64,000 nucleotides of DNA from Agathobaculum sp. (GCA_963611035.1 CAVDQU010000001.1:8425-72424); one strand, 5' to 3'. Shown: positions 1-10,268, counted from the stretch's first letter. The notes: generated from the letters alone by a model not told the origin. Numbers and translations are program-made.

Positions 1-829
1 TATACACGGCTGCTGCCGGAAGAAGAAGGGCGGCATACTCACTGTTTACGCCGAAGTTTTCCTCAATCTGGTCAATGGTCATCTGGGAAAGCTTATCGTA
101 AAAAGTATGCATAGTAGCTGCATCCACCCGGTTTTCCCCATCTTTTATGCCAAGGCGGCGCATGAGGTATAAAATATTGTCACCGATACCAATAAGATTG
201 GTGATCTGGCGGTCTCTTAAATACATTTTCCGGAAGGTGATCAGCTCATTGTCCACGATCTCTTCAATATGAAGTCTGTGGATGTCTACACTAGCTGGTA
301 TCTTTGCCAGCTGGCTGCGAAGGCGAAGGCTTCCAAGAGGCAGGTTCTGGGTCGCCACCAGGGAGTCTTTATCAAAAAGGGAGATCTGGGCGCTGCCAAA
401 GCCAACATCCACAATAGCAGTACCCTTCTGGATGATCTGGTTGAACTCTCCTGCTTTGAAAGCAACCGCCTTATAGCTGATAAAACGCTGTTCGGAGTTG
501 CTGATAATATGTACCTCCAGTCCGGTACGCACACGGATCTGTTCCAGAATAATGCGGCTGTTTTTGGCTTCACGCATGGCAGTAGTAGCATAGGCGCGGT
601 AATCCTTTACCCGGTACAGCTTCATGGTTTCCGTAAATTTTTCCAGGATCCGGTACATTTCATCTGCCAGACCATAACTTATCTTTCCTTCACTGAAGGT
701 ATCGCTTCCTAAAGCGATCATATGACGGACATGATCAACGCTCTTGATCCCTTTGTCTGAGATCTCATAGATCCCCAGCTCCAGGGCGAAAGAACCTACA
801 TCTATCGCCGCAAACATTCTGACTGCCAC
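1..829 (-). CDS. Ppx/GppA family exopolyphosphatase (3' end runs off window)
   Basis: Hand translation from GTG at 829 (RBS GGAGG): MAVRMFAAIDVGSFALELGIYE...RAYATTAMREAKNS...IISNSEQRF...IVDVGFGSAQI. These are the ASKHA-type DxGS, ATxAxREA and DxGxGS motifs. Not in the ORF track because it is truncated. Confidence 0.9.
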   Translation of the reverse strand, partial: MAVRMFAAIDVGSFALELGIYEISDKGIKSVDHVRHMIALGSDTFSEGKISYGLADEMYRILEKFTETMKLYRVKDYRAYATTAMREAKNSRIILEQIRVRTGLEVHIISNSEQRFISYKAVAFKAGEFNQIIQKGTAIVDVGFGSAQISLFDKDSLVATQNLPLGSLRLRSQLAKIPASVDIHRLHIEEIVDNELITFRKMYLRDRQITNLIGIGDNILYLMRRLGIKDGENRVDAATMHTFYDKLSQMTIDQIEENFGVNSEYAALLLPAAAVY

Positions 830-934
830 TGTTTTCCTCCTTAATGAAATACAACTCTCCTGAAAGTGTCCCCCCTACAGGGGACACTTGGGAGAGCGCT
901 TTGCTTTTTTGTATGTGTATGTTTTGTATACAGT

Positions 935-1000
935 ATTTTACCTTATTTATTCGCGTCTTACCCCCATACAGAAGTAAAGCTTTTGTAAAATCCAGGTAAA
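935..1000 (-). promoter_or_regulatory. Putative promoter of the Ppx/GppA-family gene with three 11-bp-phased TTTAC boxes (Pho-box-like)
   Basis: GTAAA on + at 974, 985 and 996; minus-strand TAAAAT -10 at 935-940 with a poor -35. Confidence 0.5.
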
Positions 1001-1068
1001 ACGCCAGGATCACACCTGTTTTCCAGCTTCTTTGCCTGCCGACGCAGGCAGAGCGGTGGAAAAATGTC

Positions 1069-2337
1069 TTACTTTCTGCCCAGCAAATGTGTAATAAACT
1101 GGGAAGCGGTACGTCCGGACAGGCCGCCGTGGCTTAACTCCCACTTGTTTGCCTCTAATAACAGTTCGTCTTCCGGCATATCCAGGTGATATTTCTCTGC
1201 CAGAGCCTTTACAATGCCCTGGAACTGGAACTTGTCCGGGGAACCGTAGTAAATAGTCACACCAAAACGGGCTGCAAGAGAAAGTTTCTCCTGAACGGTA
1301 TCATTGTTGTGCAGATCATCATCTAACTCTCTCTTGTCGGAGAACTTCTCACGGATCAGATGACGGCGGTTGGAGGTTGCATAGATCAGCACGTTCTTTG
1401 GACGTTTTCCAAGTCCGCCCTCTAAGATGGCTTTCAGGTATTTATATTCCAGCTCATATTCCTCAAAAGAAAGGTCATCCATGTAGATGATGAACTTATA
1501 GTTGCGGTCCTTGACCTGCTCTAATACGTCGGAAAGTGCCTTAAACTGATGCTTGTACACTTCAATCATACGCAGTCCCTGACCATAATATTCATTGAGA
1601 ATGGCCTTGACACTGGAAGATTTTCCTGTACCTGCATCACCAAACAGCAGCACATTGTTGGCCTCTTTTCCGCTGATAAAGGCTTCTGTGTTTTCGATCA
1701 GTTTCTTCTTCTGTGCCTCATATCCTACGATGTCTTTAAAATAAATATGCTCTACATTGATGATCGGGTCAATGATAAACTGATGCTCGTCTTCTTTTTC
1801 GATAATACGGAATGCCTTGTTTAAACCGAATTTTCCTACGCCGTATTCGCCGTAGAAAGCAGCCATATGGCTCTGGAATTCTGCTTCATCTGCGGACTGT
1901 TCTAACAACACTGCCAGACCTATGATACGATCCCTGATGCGGCGGTTGAATACACGGCTTTCCTGATTGGATGGACGGTAATCTGCCAGTTCTTTCCACA
2001 TAGCAGCCGGCTCTAATGTTTCAATGTCAAAGTCAAATAATGCCTTAAAAATGCGGTAATCGCTTCTTGCCAGCATATCCAGTGTGCCGCCTGCATTTCC
2101 ACGGATCTCGCAGGTGGTGGTATAGGCATTTTCATTATCTGCCAGACACAATGCTAAGAAGCAGTGCCATAAGTTGCCCTCAAAGCCATATTCTACAGCC
2201 AGCTCTACTAACTGTCCTGCACAGGCAAAGGCATCTGCCTTTTTCTCACTGGTGCCAAGGCCCATAAGACCTGCCATATCTTCAAAAAGATCCTCATGTT
2301 TTAAGTTTCTGTAGATTACAAGTTCACTGATGTTCAT
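1069..2337 (-). CDS. AAA+ ATPase, DUF815-like
   Basis: Walker A GDAGTGKSS, Walker B IIYMDDLSFE, YATSNRRHL, SGRTA. Confidence 0.85.
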   Translation of the reverse strand: MNISELVIYRNLKHEDLFEDMAGLMGLGTSEKKADAFACAGQLVELAVEYGFEGNLWHCFLALCLADNENAYTTTCEIRGNAGGTLDMLARSDYRIFKALFDFDIETLEPAAMWKELADYRPSNQESRVFNRRIRDRIIGLAVLLEQSADEAEFQSHMAAFYGEYGVGKFGLNKAFRIIEKEDEHQFIIDPIINVEHIYFKDIVGYEAQKKKLIENTEAFISGKEANNVLLFGDAGTGKSSSVKAILNEYYGQGLRMIEVYKHQFKALSDVLEQVKDRNYKFIIYMDDLSFEEYELEYKYLKAILEGGLGKRPKNVLIYATSNRRHLIREKFSDKRELDDDLHNNDTVQEKLSLAARFGVTIYYGSPDKFQFQGIVKALAEKYHLDMPEDELLLEANKWELSHGGLSGRTASQFITHLLGRK

Positions 2338-2363
2338 TTTCTTATCCTCTTTTTATCTCTAAA

Positions 2364-2392
2364 TGATGTTGGGGTCAAAAGGTATTTTGACC
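2364..2392 (-). repeat. Orphan right end of the 205-bp MITE-like element
   Basis: TGATGTTGGGGTCAAAAGGTATTTTGACC is the exact reverse complement of the last 29 bp of the elements at 14101-14305 and 17588-17792. Confidence 0.85.
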
Positions 2393-2395
2393 TAT

Positions 2396-3550
2396 TTACC
2401 GGTCTGATCTTGCCTCATAATTTCCCAGGATACGTAAAGTAGCCGCCTCTTCTGCAATACCCTTTAACGCGTTCTGGACTGCCGGATCGCTTAAGTTTCC
2501 TTCTACATCTACGAAGAAACGGTATTCCCAGCTTCTTCCGGGAATCGGCCGTGACTCGATCATCAGCATGTTTATGTTATTGTAGATCAGGTTTCCAAGC
2601 ATATTGTAAAGAGTACCGCTCTTATGGGCACATTCAAAGCAGATACTGATCTTGTTTGCACCTTTCTGGTAAACAGGATCCTTTGCAAGGATGATAAAAC
2701 GGGTCACGTTATTTTTGTTGTAATTAATGGTTGGCTCTAAGACCTTCAGGCCGTACAGCTTTCCTGCGATCTCACTGGCTACTGCAGCCTGAGTCACATC
2801 ACCATCTTCCAGCACTTTCTTTGCGGAAACAGCGGTATTTTCCAGGCTTACCTGACGCCACTGTCTGTGACTGTTTAAGTACTGGGAACACTGCATCAGT
2901 GCCTGAGGATGGGAATAAACCTGGCGGATGTCTTCTAAGGTCGCATCTGGAAGTCCTAAAAGAGCATGGGTTACAGGAAGCTCTGTCTGTCCTACTATGT
3001 ATACATTATGCTTTACCAGCAGATCATAATTATCGCTGACTGCTCCGGCAGAAGAATTTTCAATAGGTAAGACTGCAAAATCCGCTCTTCCTTCTTCTAC
3101 CTCTACCATGGCGTCTTCCATGGATTTTACATGGTAAAGATCTGCATTCTCACCAAAATACTGAAGAGCTGCGCCGTGTCCGTAGGAGCCTTCCACGCCC
3201 TGATAGGCAATGCGGGCGCCTTCTTTTTTAAGGCTGTCTGTCATGGTAAAGCCAGTTTCCAATGCCTGTCCGTGACGGATCAACAGACCGTACTGCAGCT
3301 TGCGGCTGATGGTCATGATCTGGGAGAACAGCTCGTATACCCCTTTTTTGTTAAAATCATTTCCTGCCATGGCAGCCACAGACTCTAATTTCTGACGTTC
3401 TCTTTCCCCGTCATATACTTTCTTTCCTGTCTGTATCTTAAACTCAGCCACGTCAGAGCATAAAGCCATTCTCTTTTCAAAGAGTTCGACCAGCTGGGTA
3501 TCGATCTCGTCTAACTTATTCCGTATCTCTTTTAAGTCCAGATTTTCCAT
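2396..3550 (-). CDS. pheA: Bifunctional chorismate mutase / prephenate dehydratase
   Basis: N-terminal CM domain (LKEIRNKLDEID), PIENSSAG, SHPQAL, NxTRF, ACT domain ESRP. Confidence 0.95.
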   Translation of the reverse strand: MENLDLKEIRNKLDEIDTQLVELFEKRMALCSDVAEFKIQTGKKVYDGERERQKLESVAAMAGNDFNKKGVYELFSQIMTISRKLQYGLLIRHGQALETGFTMTDSLKKEGARIAYQGVEGSYGHGAALQYFGENADLYHVKSMEDAMVEVEEGRADFAVLPIENSSAGAVSDNYDLLVKHNVYIVGQTELPVTHALLGLPDATLEDIRQVYSHPQALMQCSQYLNSHRQWRQVSLENTAVSAKKVLEDGDVTQAAVASEIAGKLYGLKVLEPTINYNKNNVTRFIILAKDPVYQKGANKISICFECAHKSGTLYNMLGNLIYNNINMLMIESRPIPGRSWEYRFFVDVEGNLSDPAVQNALKGIAEEAATLRILGNYEARSDR

Positions 3551-3626
3551 TTTTCATCCTCATTTATGTATTTCACTTATGCAATTTTTGTTTCTGTCTT
3601 TTGTATACAGGATACCGTTTCCGTTC

Positions 3627-4376
3627 CTATTTTCCTGCTCTTTCTTCCATCTGTCTGCGCACCATATTGCTGATGATCTCTCTGGTATAAGCACCTGGGA
3701 ATTTCTTTTTATCCGGTGGAAGCTCCTTTAAATAGATCGGCTCTCCATATTCAATGATCACATGGCTTTTGCGGATCCATGGCATATGACGCTCAAATAC
3801 ATCATCTGTTCCGGTAATGGCTACCGGGATCACCGGACAGCCGCTTTTTTCCGCGATCTTTAAGCTTCCCTCATGGAACTCCATAAGATCTGCGGAATCT
3901 TCACTGTTGTTTCTGGTTCCTTCCGGGAAGATCCACATGGAAATGCCGCCTTTTACCTTTTCAATTCCCGTAAGAATGGTCTTTAAACCTTCTTTTATGT
4001 TGGTACGGTCCAAAAACAGGCAGTTCATCCGATCCATCCACTGGTTTAACAGCGGAATGCCCATCATCTCTTTTTTAGCAATAAATCCGGTAGGTGCCGG
4101 AACTGTAATATAGCCCATTACAATATCAAAATAACTTCTGTGGTTTCCTACATACAGCACAGCTTTATCTTTTGGGATATTTTCCAGTCCCCTGACTTCA
4201 TAGGTGATCCCTGCCAGACTTCTTACAATTCCCAGTATCCAGCGCACCATATCCAGGCTTTTTACAGCAGCTGCCTTTGCATCTTTCTTTTCCAGGGACT
4301 TTAAATAAAAAAGCGCCGGAAGAGATAAGATCAGGTACAGCACCACTGCCAACAGCACTAAGATCAAACGTATCAT
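3627..4376 (-). CDS. plsC: 1-acyl-sn-glycerol-3-phosphate acyltransferase
   Basis: NHRSYFD and FPEGTR motifs; start set at ATG 4376 after AAGGAG. Confidence 0.9.
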   Translation of the reverse strand: MIRLILVLLAVVLYLILSLPALFYLKSLEKKDAKAAAVKSLDMVRWILGIVRSLAGITYEVRGLENIPKDKAVLYVGNHRSYFDIVMGYITVPAPTGFIAKKEMMGIPLLNQWMDRMNCLFLDRTNIKEGLKTILTGIEKVKGGISMWIFPEGTRNNSEDSADLMEFHEGSLKIAEKSGCPVIPVAITGTDDVFERHMPWIRKSHVIIEYGEPIYLKELPPDKKKFPGAYTREIISNMVRRQMEERAGK

Positions 4377-4462
4377 ATTCTTCTCCTTTGTCAATACAGC
4401 CTATCGGCTAAACTTCTACTATTATATAAAATTACAGGCCTAAATACAAGCAAAAATCCCAT

Positions 4463-4990
4463 TCACTCCCTGGCACACACAGCCTCAAAGATCAGCCCGG
4501 TAATAAACCAAAATGGGATGAATGCAAAGCGGATCACCCCGTCTATATGATCAGGCCACTGGGAGTAATCCCAGGGACAGATACCTTTATTCATAAGCAA
4601 GGTTCCTGCCACATATTCTCCTGTATAAATAAGGATCATGTAGATCAGTCCATGGCGGAACCGCAAAGCAGCCAGGGGTATTTTATCTGCATCTGCCCTT
4701 TCAAAACCAGGCAGTCCGCAAAGCCACCGGTCACACCACCTTGCGATCCATGGAAGCAGTGCTCCTGCACCGTAAATGGGGAACATGATAATGGATGTGG
4801 TCCCCATAAGTTTGGGATCTCCCCGCATTCCTGCTTCCACAGACGTAAAAAGGATCTCCAGACACCAGCCGGCCATGCCGCAGCGCAGGAAATCCCTTAA
4901 AGCCAGACCTGTCATTTTTCTTGTACGGCCATACAGTTGGGCTGCGGCCGGAGTGATCATTCTTCTTTTCATGACCATAGTCTGTGTCAT
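4463..4990 (-). CDS. Small multi-TM protein (putative ABC transporter permease family); start uncertain
   Basis: GWCLEILF, MFPIYG, EYVAG..L, CPWDYS motifs. Confidence 0.7.
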   Translation of the reverse strand: MTQTMVMKRRMITPAAAQLYGRTRKMTGLALRDFLRCGMAGWCLEILFTSVEAGMRGDPKLMGTTSIIMFPIYGAGALLPWIARWCDRWLCGLPGFERADADKIPLAALRFRHGLIYMILIYTGEYVAGTLLMNKGICPWDYSQWPDHIDGVIRFAFIPFWFITGLIFEAVCARE

Positions 4991-5030
4991 TTTCTATTTT
5001 TTATTCGTTACAGTTCAGCCATAACAGCTG

Positions 5031-5129
5031 TTATTCCTCTTCTTCTACTTTCCGGGTGCCGTCTGCTTCCACGATCCCTTTATATCTGTGTCCCTTCCTG
5101 TCTTTTGCCCTGTATCTGTAAATGGTCAT
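5031..5129 (-). CDS. 32-aa ORF resembling the PilC/GspF N-terminus (mini-protein or remnant)
   Basis: Hand translation MTIYRYRAKDRKGHRYKGIVEADGTRKVEEEE*; AAGGAG 10 nt upstream. Confidence 0.45.
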   Translation of the reverse strand: MTIYRYRAKDRKGHRYKGIVEADGTRKVEEEE

Positions 5130-5207
5130 CTGTTTTCGTCTCCTTCGTTATTTTAAGCGAAAACCGGCCTTACCTGAGCAATCCTGTTCAGATAAAACCG
5201 GCACCTC

Positions 5208-5387
5208 TTAACGAAAACAATTTTTTTCAGACACATATTCAAAACCAATATCAGATAACGTTTTCCGGATCTGAGGCTCATCCAGATCCAGCACCTGGCA
5301 CATTTCTTCCAGGGAACTGTAGTTATCTCTCAACTGGGTATTCATATAGCTTAGTAATATCATAGGATCTTTAGGCAGTGTACTCAT
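5208..5387 (-). CDS. DUF4250-family small protein (59 aa)
   Basis: Hand translation MSTLPKDPMILLSYMNTQLRDNYSSLEEMC...IGFEYVSEKNCFR*; typical DP.mLlS.iN..LRD.Y.sL pattern; below the ORF-track length cutoff. Confidence 0.85.
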   Translation of the reverse strand: MSTLPKDPMILLSYMNTQLRDNYSSLEEMCQVLDLDEPQIRKTLSDIGFEYVSEKNCFR

Positions 5388-5434
5388 ACAGGCATCTTCC
5401 TTTTCTGATTTTTCTGAACTGTATTATAGATTTC

Positions 5435-8026
5435 TTACTCTACTTTTGCGTTCAGATGATCTCCTTCCGGAGCAACATCGATCACAATGGTGGAACCTTC
5501 ACTTACCTGATCTGCAAGGATGATACGTGCAGCCAGTGTTTCCACATTTTTCTGGAGGTAACGCTTCAGAGGACGTGCGCCGTATACAGGATCATATCCA
5601 TGATCGGTGATGAAAGTCTTGGCAGCATCACTCAGACGCAGCTTCAACTCTCTGTCAGCCAGACGCTTGTTTACATCTGCTACGCACAGATCAACGATGC
5701 GGCTGATATTATCTCTGGTCAGAGGCTTAAACAGAATCATCTCATCCAGACGATTTAAAAACTCCGGTCTGAAATGGGCCTTCAGATCACTCATGACCAT
5801 ATTTCTTGCTTCCTCACGGATATTTCCGTTTTCATCAATTCCGTCCAGCAGATACTGGGAACCAATGTTGGAAGTCAGAATGATAATGGTGTTCTTGAAA
5901 TCTACGGTACGGCCCTGGGAGTCGGTGATACGGCCATCATCCAGTACCTGCAGCAGTACGTTAAATACATCTGGATGTGCTTTTTCTACCTCATCAAAGA
6001 GAACAACGCTATATGGTTTACGGCGTACCGCCTCTGTCAGCTGGCCGCCTTCATCATAACCAACATAGCCTGGAGGCGCTCCGATGAGACGGGCCACAGA
6101 ATGTTTCTCCATGTACTCACTCATATCAATACGCACCATATTAGACTCATCATCAAACAGTGACTCTGCCAGTGCTTTTGCAAGCTCTGTTTTACCTACA
6201 CCGGTAGGTCCTAAGAACAGGAAGGAACCGATCGGCTTTGTAGGATCCTTAATGCCGGCCTTGGAACGGATAATGGCATCTGTAACCTTTTCCACTGCCT
6301 CGTCCTGTCCTACTACACGTTTGTGAAGGACTTCATCCAGATGCAAGGTCTTGCTGCGCTCACTTTCTGTCAGTTTTGCAACCGGGATACCGGTCCACTT
6401 GGATACGATACGGGCAATCTCATCTTCTGTTACACTTTCATGTACCAGACTGAGATCTTCATTCTTAATCTTTTCTTCCTCTGCTTCCAGTTCCTTCTGC
6501 AGCTGCGGCAGCTTGCCGTACTGCAGCTCTGCAGCCTTGTTCAGGTCATATTTCTGCTGTGCGTCCTGGATCTGGCGGTTCACAGCCTCAATCTCCTCAC
6601 GGAGACTGGATAATTTATCTACACTGGCTTTCTCATTCTGCCACTGGGCTTTGCCTGCAGCAAATTTATCATGAAGTTCTGCCAGTTCCTTCTGTAAGTC
6701 TTCCAAACGTTCTTTGCTCAGTCTGTCTGTTTCTTTCTTAAGAGCCGCTTCCTCGATCTCTAACTGCATGATCTTACGTGACAGTTCATCCAGCTCTGCC
6801 GGCATACTGTCAAGCTCCGTCTTGATCATGGCACATGCTTCATCTACCAGGTCAATGGCCTTATCCGGCAGGAAACGGTCGGATATATAACGGTCGGAAA
6901 GCACTGCTGCATTCACCAGCGCAGAATCTGCGATCTTTACACCGTGGTAAACTTCGTAGCGCTCTTTTAAGCCACGAAGGATAGAAATGGTATCTTCTAC
7001 TGTAGGTTCTGCTACCAGTACCGGCTGGAAACGACGTTCCAGAGCAGCATCCTTTTCAATGTACTGGCGGTATTCATTTAAGGTAGTTGCACCGATACAG
7101 TGAAGCTCACCTCTTGCAAGCATTGGCTTTAACATGTTTCCGGCATCCATAGAGCCTTCTGTCTTACCTGCACCTACAATGGTATGCAGCTCATCAATAA
7201 ACAGGATGATCTGTCCTTCGCTCTTCTTTACTTCTTCCAGAACGGCTTTTAAACGTTCCTCAAATTCACCTCTGTATTTAGCACCGGCTACCAGGGAACC
7301 CATATCCAGAGCAAACAGCTTCTTATCTTTCAGGCCGTCAGGAACGTCACCGCGGACAATTCGCTGTGCCAGACCCTCTACAACGGCTGTTTTACCAACA
7401 CCAGGTTCACCGATGAGCACCGGATTGTTTTTCGTCTTACGTGAAAGGATACGGACTACGTTACGGATCTCGCTGTCACGGCCGATGACCGGGTCCAGCT
7501 TCTGATTTCTGGCACGTTCTACCAGATCGTAGCCATATTTTTCCAATGTATCATAAGTTGCCTCCGGGTTGTCACTTACCACTCTCTGATTGCCTCTTAC
7601 AGTAGAAAGTGCCTGAAGGAACTTTTCTCTGGTAATGCCATAGGTTTTAAACAGGTCCTTCATTTCCTTAGAAGGCTGTTTAAGCAGTGCCAGGAAAAGA
7701 TGTTCTACAGAAACGTATTCATCTCCCATGGCCTTGGCTTCGTCTTCTGCATTGATCAGGACTTTATTTAAGTCATTGCTGATATACAGCTGTCCGCCTC
7801 CGCTTACCTTGGTCAGTTTCTCTATGGCCTGCTTTGCCTCATTTTTAAACATATCGCCCTGGATGCCCATTTTTGTGATCAGTTTCATGATCAGGCTGTC
7901 ATCCAGAGCCAACAGGCTGTACAGCAGATGCGGCTGGTCGATCTGCTGGTTTCCATATTCATATGCCAGCTTTTCGCAGTTCTGAACTGCTTCCATTGAT
8001 TTCTGAGTAAATTTATTAATATTCAT
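5435..8026 (-). CDS. clpB: ATP-dependent chaperone ClpB
   Basis: [10 protein letters not shown] start, two AAA modules ([16 protein letters not shown]), coiled-coil middle domain, GYVGY, GARPL. Confidence 0.97.
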   Translation of the reverse strand: MNINKFTQKSMEAVQNCEKLAYEYGNQQIDQPHLLYSLLALDDSLIMKLITKMGIQGDMFKNEAKQAIEKLTKVSGGGQLYISNDLNKVLINAEDEAKAMGDEYVSVEHLFLALLKQPSKEMKDLFKTYGITREKFLQALSTVRGNQRVVSDNPEATYDTLEKYGYDLVERARNQKLDPVIGRDSEIRNVVRILSRKTKNNPVLIGEPGVGKTAVVEGLAQRIVRGDVPDGLKDKKLFALDMGSLVAGAKYRGEFEERLKAVLEEVKKSEGQIILFIDELHTIVGAGKTEGSMDAGNMLKPMLARGELHCIGATTLNEYRQYIEKDAALERRFQPVLVAEPTVEDTISILRGLKERYEVYHGVKIADSALVNAAVLSDRYISDRFLPDKAIDLVDEACAMIKTELDSMPAELDELSRKIMQLEIEEAALKKETDRLSKERLEDLQKELAELHDKFAAGKAQWQNEKASVDKLSSLREEIEAVNRQIQDAQQKYDLNKAAELQYGKLPQLQKELEAEEEKIKNEDLSLVHESVTEDEIARIVSKWTGIPVAKLTESERSKTLHLDEVLHKRVVGQDEAVEKVTDAIIRSKAGIKDPTKPIGSFLFLGPTGVGKTELAKALAESLFDDESNMVRIDMSEYMEKHSVARLIGAPPGYVGYDEGGQLTEAVRRKPYSVVLFDEVEKAHPDVFNVLLQVLDDGRITDSQGRTVDFKNTIIILTSNIGSQYLLDGIDENGNIREEARNMVMSDLKAHFRPEFLNRLDEMILFKPLTRDNISRIVDLCVADVNKRLADRELKLRLSDAAKTFITDHGYDPVYGARPLKRYLQKNVETLAARIILADQVSEGSTIVIDVAPEGDHLNAKVE

Positions 8027-8084
8027 ATGCCCACTCCCCTTTCCGGAACAGTGTGTTTGTTGTTTTGTTTTTTGTTCTATGTGT

Positions 8085-8127
8085 ACTATAACACCAGTTA
8101 TTAGCACTGTCAAGAGGTGAGTGCTAA
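8085..8127 (-). promoter_or_regulatory. clpB sigma-A promoter overlapped by CIRCE (HrcA operator)
   Basis: TTAGCACTG-N9-GAGTGCTAA at 8101-8127 (1 mismatch to CIRCE); minus-strand TTGACA-N17-TATAGT with TG extension. Confidence 0.9.
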
Positions 8128-8147
8128 AAATATGTAAAAAGTTTTCT

Positions 8148-8176
8148 TTGACAAAATGACTCCCCCTCCGTATAAT
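8148..8176 (+). promoter_or_regulatory. Consensus sigma-A promoter divergent from clpB
   Basis: TTGACA-N17-TATAAT, perfect match. Confidence 0.85.
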
Positions 8177-8354
8177 GGATTCACAGTTACTTCTACAGCC
8201 TGTAACAGGCTTCATGAATTTTTCAATTTTTTCATTAATTTAATTTCCAAAAATTTCCAATTTTTTCAAACTTTCGTACCTTGACAACTGAAGATGGAAC
8301 AAGAAACAGCTCACGATCGCAGTTTTATCACGATCACCATAAAGGAGAACAGGT

Positions 8355-9200
8355 ATGAAAAATGAAAATATTACCCTATCAAAAGAACTGACGAAAGAAG
8401 AAGCTGCAGCTTTTAAGGAGCCGGAAACCATTTATGAAGATGAAAATGGAAACAGCTATGAACTGCTAAACTGGGAACTGGAAGAAAAGATGGGGGGAGA
8501 AAAAAAGATACCCGTTGAAAAGCAGGTGCGTTATCTGGGGTTAGAAGACGGGGAAGAGATTCCCGAGACGATTTATGCCGAAATGCAGCCTCAGCAGTTG
8601 GAATTATCCAGTACACTGCGCAAAGCAGAAATAACGACCATAAATGAACAGTGGAAAGACGATCTCTGTCTGCCCGTTACCTTCTATTCCTATGGAGCAG
8701 ATGAATATCAGCTGGGGGATATCATTATTTCAGCAGATGACAATAACCTTCTTGAAGCAGCCGCAAAAGAAGGAGAACTGATCCTTAATGATCTTGGACT
8801 GTCCTCCCAGGCCTATCACATCACTTCCATGGTATGGAACGGAGAACCCTTTACAGATGAAGAAGGCCAGATCTGCCGCAATGCCATTGCCTTAGGGGAA
8901 CGGCTTTTAAAAGATGTGGAAGTTGTATATAAAGGAGAAGCAACTGAGAAAGAACCCGACTATTATGAGCTTCATATTACATATGAACCGGAAGAAACAG
9001 AAGCAGGATCCACTGTAGAACTTGTACCTCAGACACTTGCGCAGCTGCCGGATCCTGCGCCAAACCAGGGGCCATTCTGGTACCTGATCCGCACCGGTTT
9101 TGTGATCACCATAGCCATCGGCGTCCTTGGTATCCTCGTTGGTATCATCCTTCTGCTTATCACAAAACGGCGCCAGAAAGAAGAAAAAGATTATTTTTAA
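8355..9200 (+). CDS. Hypothetical acidic protein with C-terminal TM anchor
   Basis: AAGGAG RBS, 281-aa ORF, hydrophobic helix followed by KRRQK tail. Confidence 0.75.
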   Translation: MKNENITLSKELTKEEAAAFKEPETIYEDENGNSYELLNWELEEKMGGEKKIPVEKQVRYLGLEDGEEIPETIYAEMQPQQLELSSTLRKAEITTINEQWKDDLCLPVTFYSYGADEYQLGDIIISADDNNLLEAAAKEGELILNDLGLSSQAYHITSMVWNGEPFTDEEGQICRNAIALGERLLKDVEVVYKGEATEKEPDYYELHITYEPEETEAGSTVELVPQTLAQLPDPAPNQGPFWYLIRTGFVITIAIGVLGILVGIILLLITKRRQKEEKDYF

Positions 9201-9327
9201 AGGGAAAACTTTAAGGAAAAATTCATAAAAAAATCATAGTAAAAACACAGCTTTCGTAGTAAGATGTATCGTGCCGCAAAAAACAGACATCACCAGCAAT
9301 ACCCGCGGCGAAGAGAGGAGAATCACT

Positions 9328-10155
9328 ATGAAAAAACAATATCTGGCAGTTGCTTTTTTAGCAGTTGCACTGGGGCTGACCGCTTGCTCTTCTAAAAAAG
9401 CGGATACAGAAACTACAACCGTACAGGCAGCCGAAAGTACTGCAGATGCTTCTTCTGATGAGGAAATAGAGGAAGAATATTACTATGGTTTTGTCAGCCT
9501 GGTAGAGGACAAAGTGATCACTGTATCAGATGACGAAGGCAAAACTGCAAAATTTGATATCACCGATGCAAAGCTGATAGACGCAGATACAGTAGGCGAA
9601 GGCGATGAAGTAAATGTAGGCTACGCAGGCGAACTGTCTGACGATGTAACAAAGGCAACCTCTGTAGAAGTTATGACTTCCGCAGCCGAAGTTGCAAGAG
9701 AAGAAGAGGCAGAGGAAGAAGACCTGGTAGTTGAAGGAACCATTGAAAGTGCCGATGATAAGACCATTACCTTAAAAAATGACGAGGGAACCTATACACT
9801 GAATGCCATTATTGCCCAGAAAGTGACCAAAGACGGCATCAAAGCAGGCGTTACAGCAGAAGTAACTTACTACGGCGACTTAGAGGATCCAGATGATCCT
9901 GCAGTTGCTACCCGTATTGTCACTGAAGATGCTATGGATTCTGAGGAAGCACAGAAAAAGACTCTTACCGGTACAGCTGCAGAAGTAGAATCCGATCATA
10001 TCGTTCTGGATACTGCAGACCCGGACAACACATATTTCTCCTTCGTAGGAACAGAAGGAATGTTTGACGGTATCAATGTAGGCGATAAAGTGACCGTTAT
10101 CTATGACGGTACACTGACTGATAAGATGATCGCTGCTGAGGGCATTGAGAAATAA
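9328..10155 (+). CDS. Lipoprotein with three small beta-barrel (OB-fold-like) repeats
   Basis: GAGGAG RBS, lipobox LTAC, three repeats of G-[TF]-x~9-[IV]-[TV]-[LV]...G-x2-[VA]-x-V-x-Y-x-G. Confidence 0.8.
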   Translation: MKKQYLAVAFLAVALGLTACSSKKADTETTTVQAAESTADASSDEEIEEEYYYGFVSLVEDKVITVSDDEGKTAKFDITDAKLIDADTVGEGDEVNVGYAGELSDDVTKATSVEVMTSAAEVAREEEAEEEDLVVEGTIESADDKTITLKNDEGTYTLNAIIAQKVTKDGIKAGVTAEVTYYGDLEDPDDPAVATRIVTEDAMDSEEAQKKTLTGTAAEVESDHIVLDTADPDNTYFSFVGTEGMFDGINVGDKVTVIYDGTLTDKMIAAEGIEK

Positions 10156-10194
10156 AAAGCATATAAAAAAACGCATATATCAAATTGATACAGC

Positions 10195-10225
10195 AAAGAG
10201 GATGTCTGAAAGGACATCCTCTTTT
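10195..10225. terminator. Intrinsic terminator between convergent genes
   Basis: AAAGAGGATGTC-N6-GACATCCTCTTTT. Confidence 0.75.
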
Positions 10226-10268
10226 ATTGTACTTATATACATTTGTATATTCGCAGTCGGGACATTCC

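Noticed and set aside
269..1013. ORF-track ORFs at 269-712, 282-476, 286-591 and 765-1013
   Set aside because: They overlap the real Ppx/GppA-family frame or its promoter and have no recognisable motifs
8027..8215. N-terminal extension of ClpB in the ORF track
   Set aside because: Overlaps the promoter and CIRCE; the true start is ATG 8026. Similar over-long starts were trimmed for other genes using RBS position
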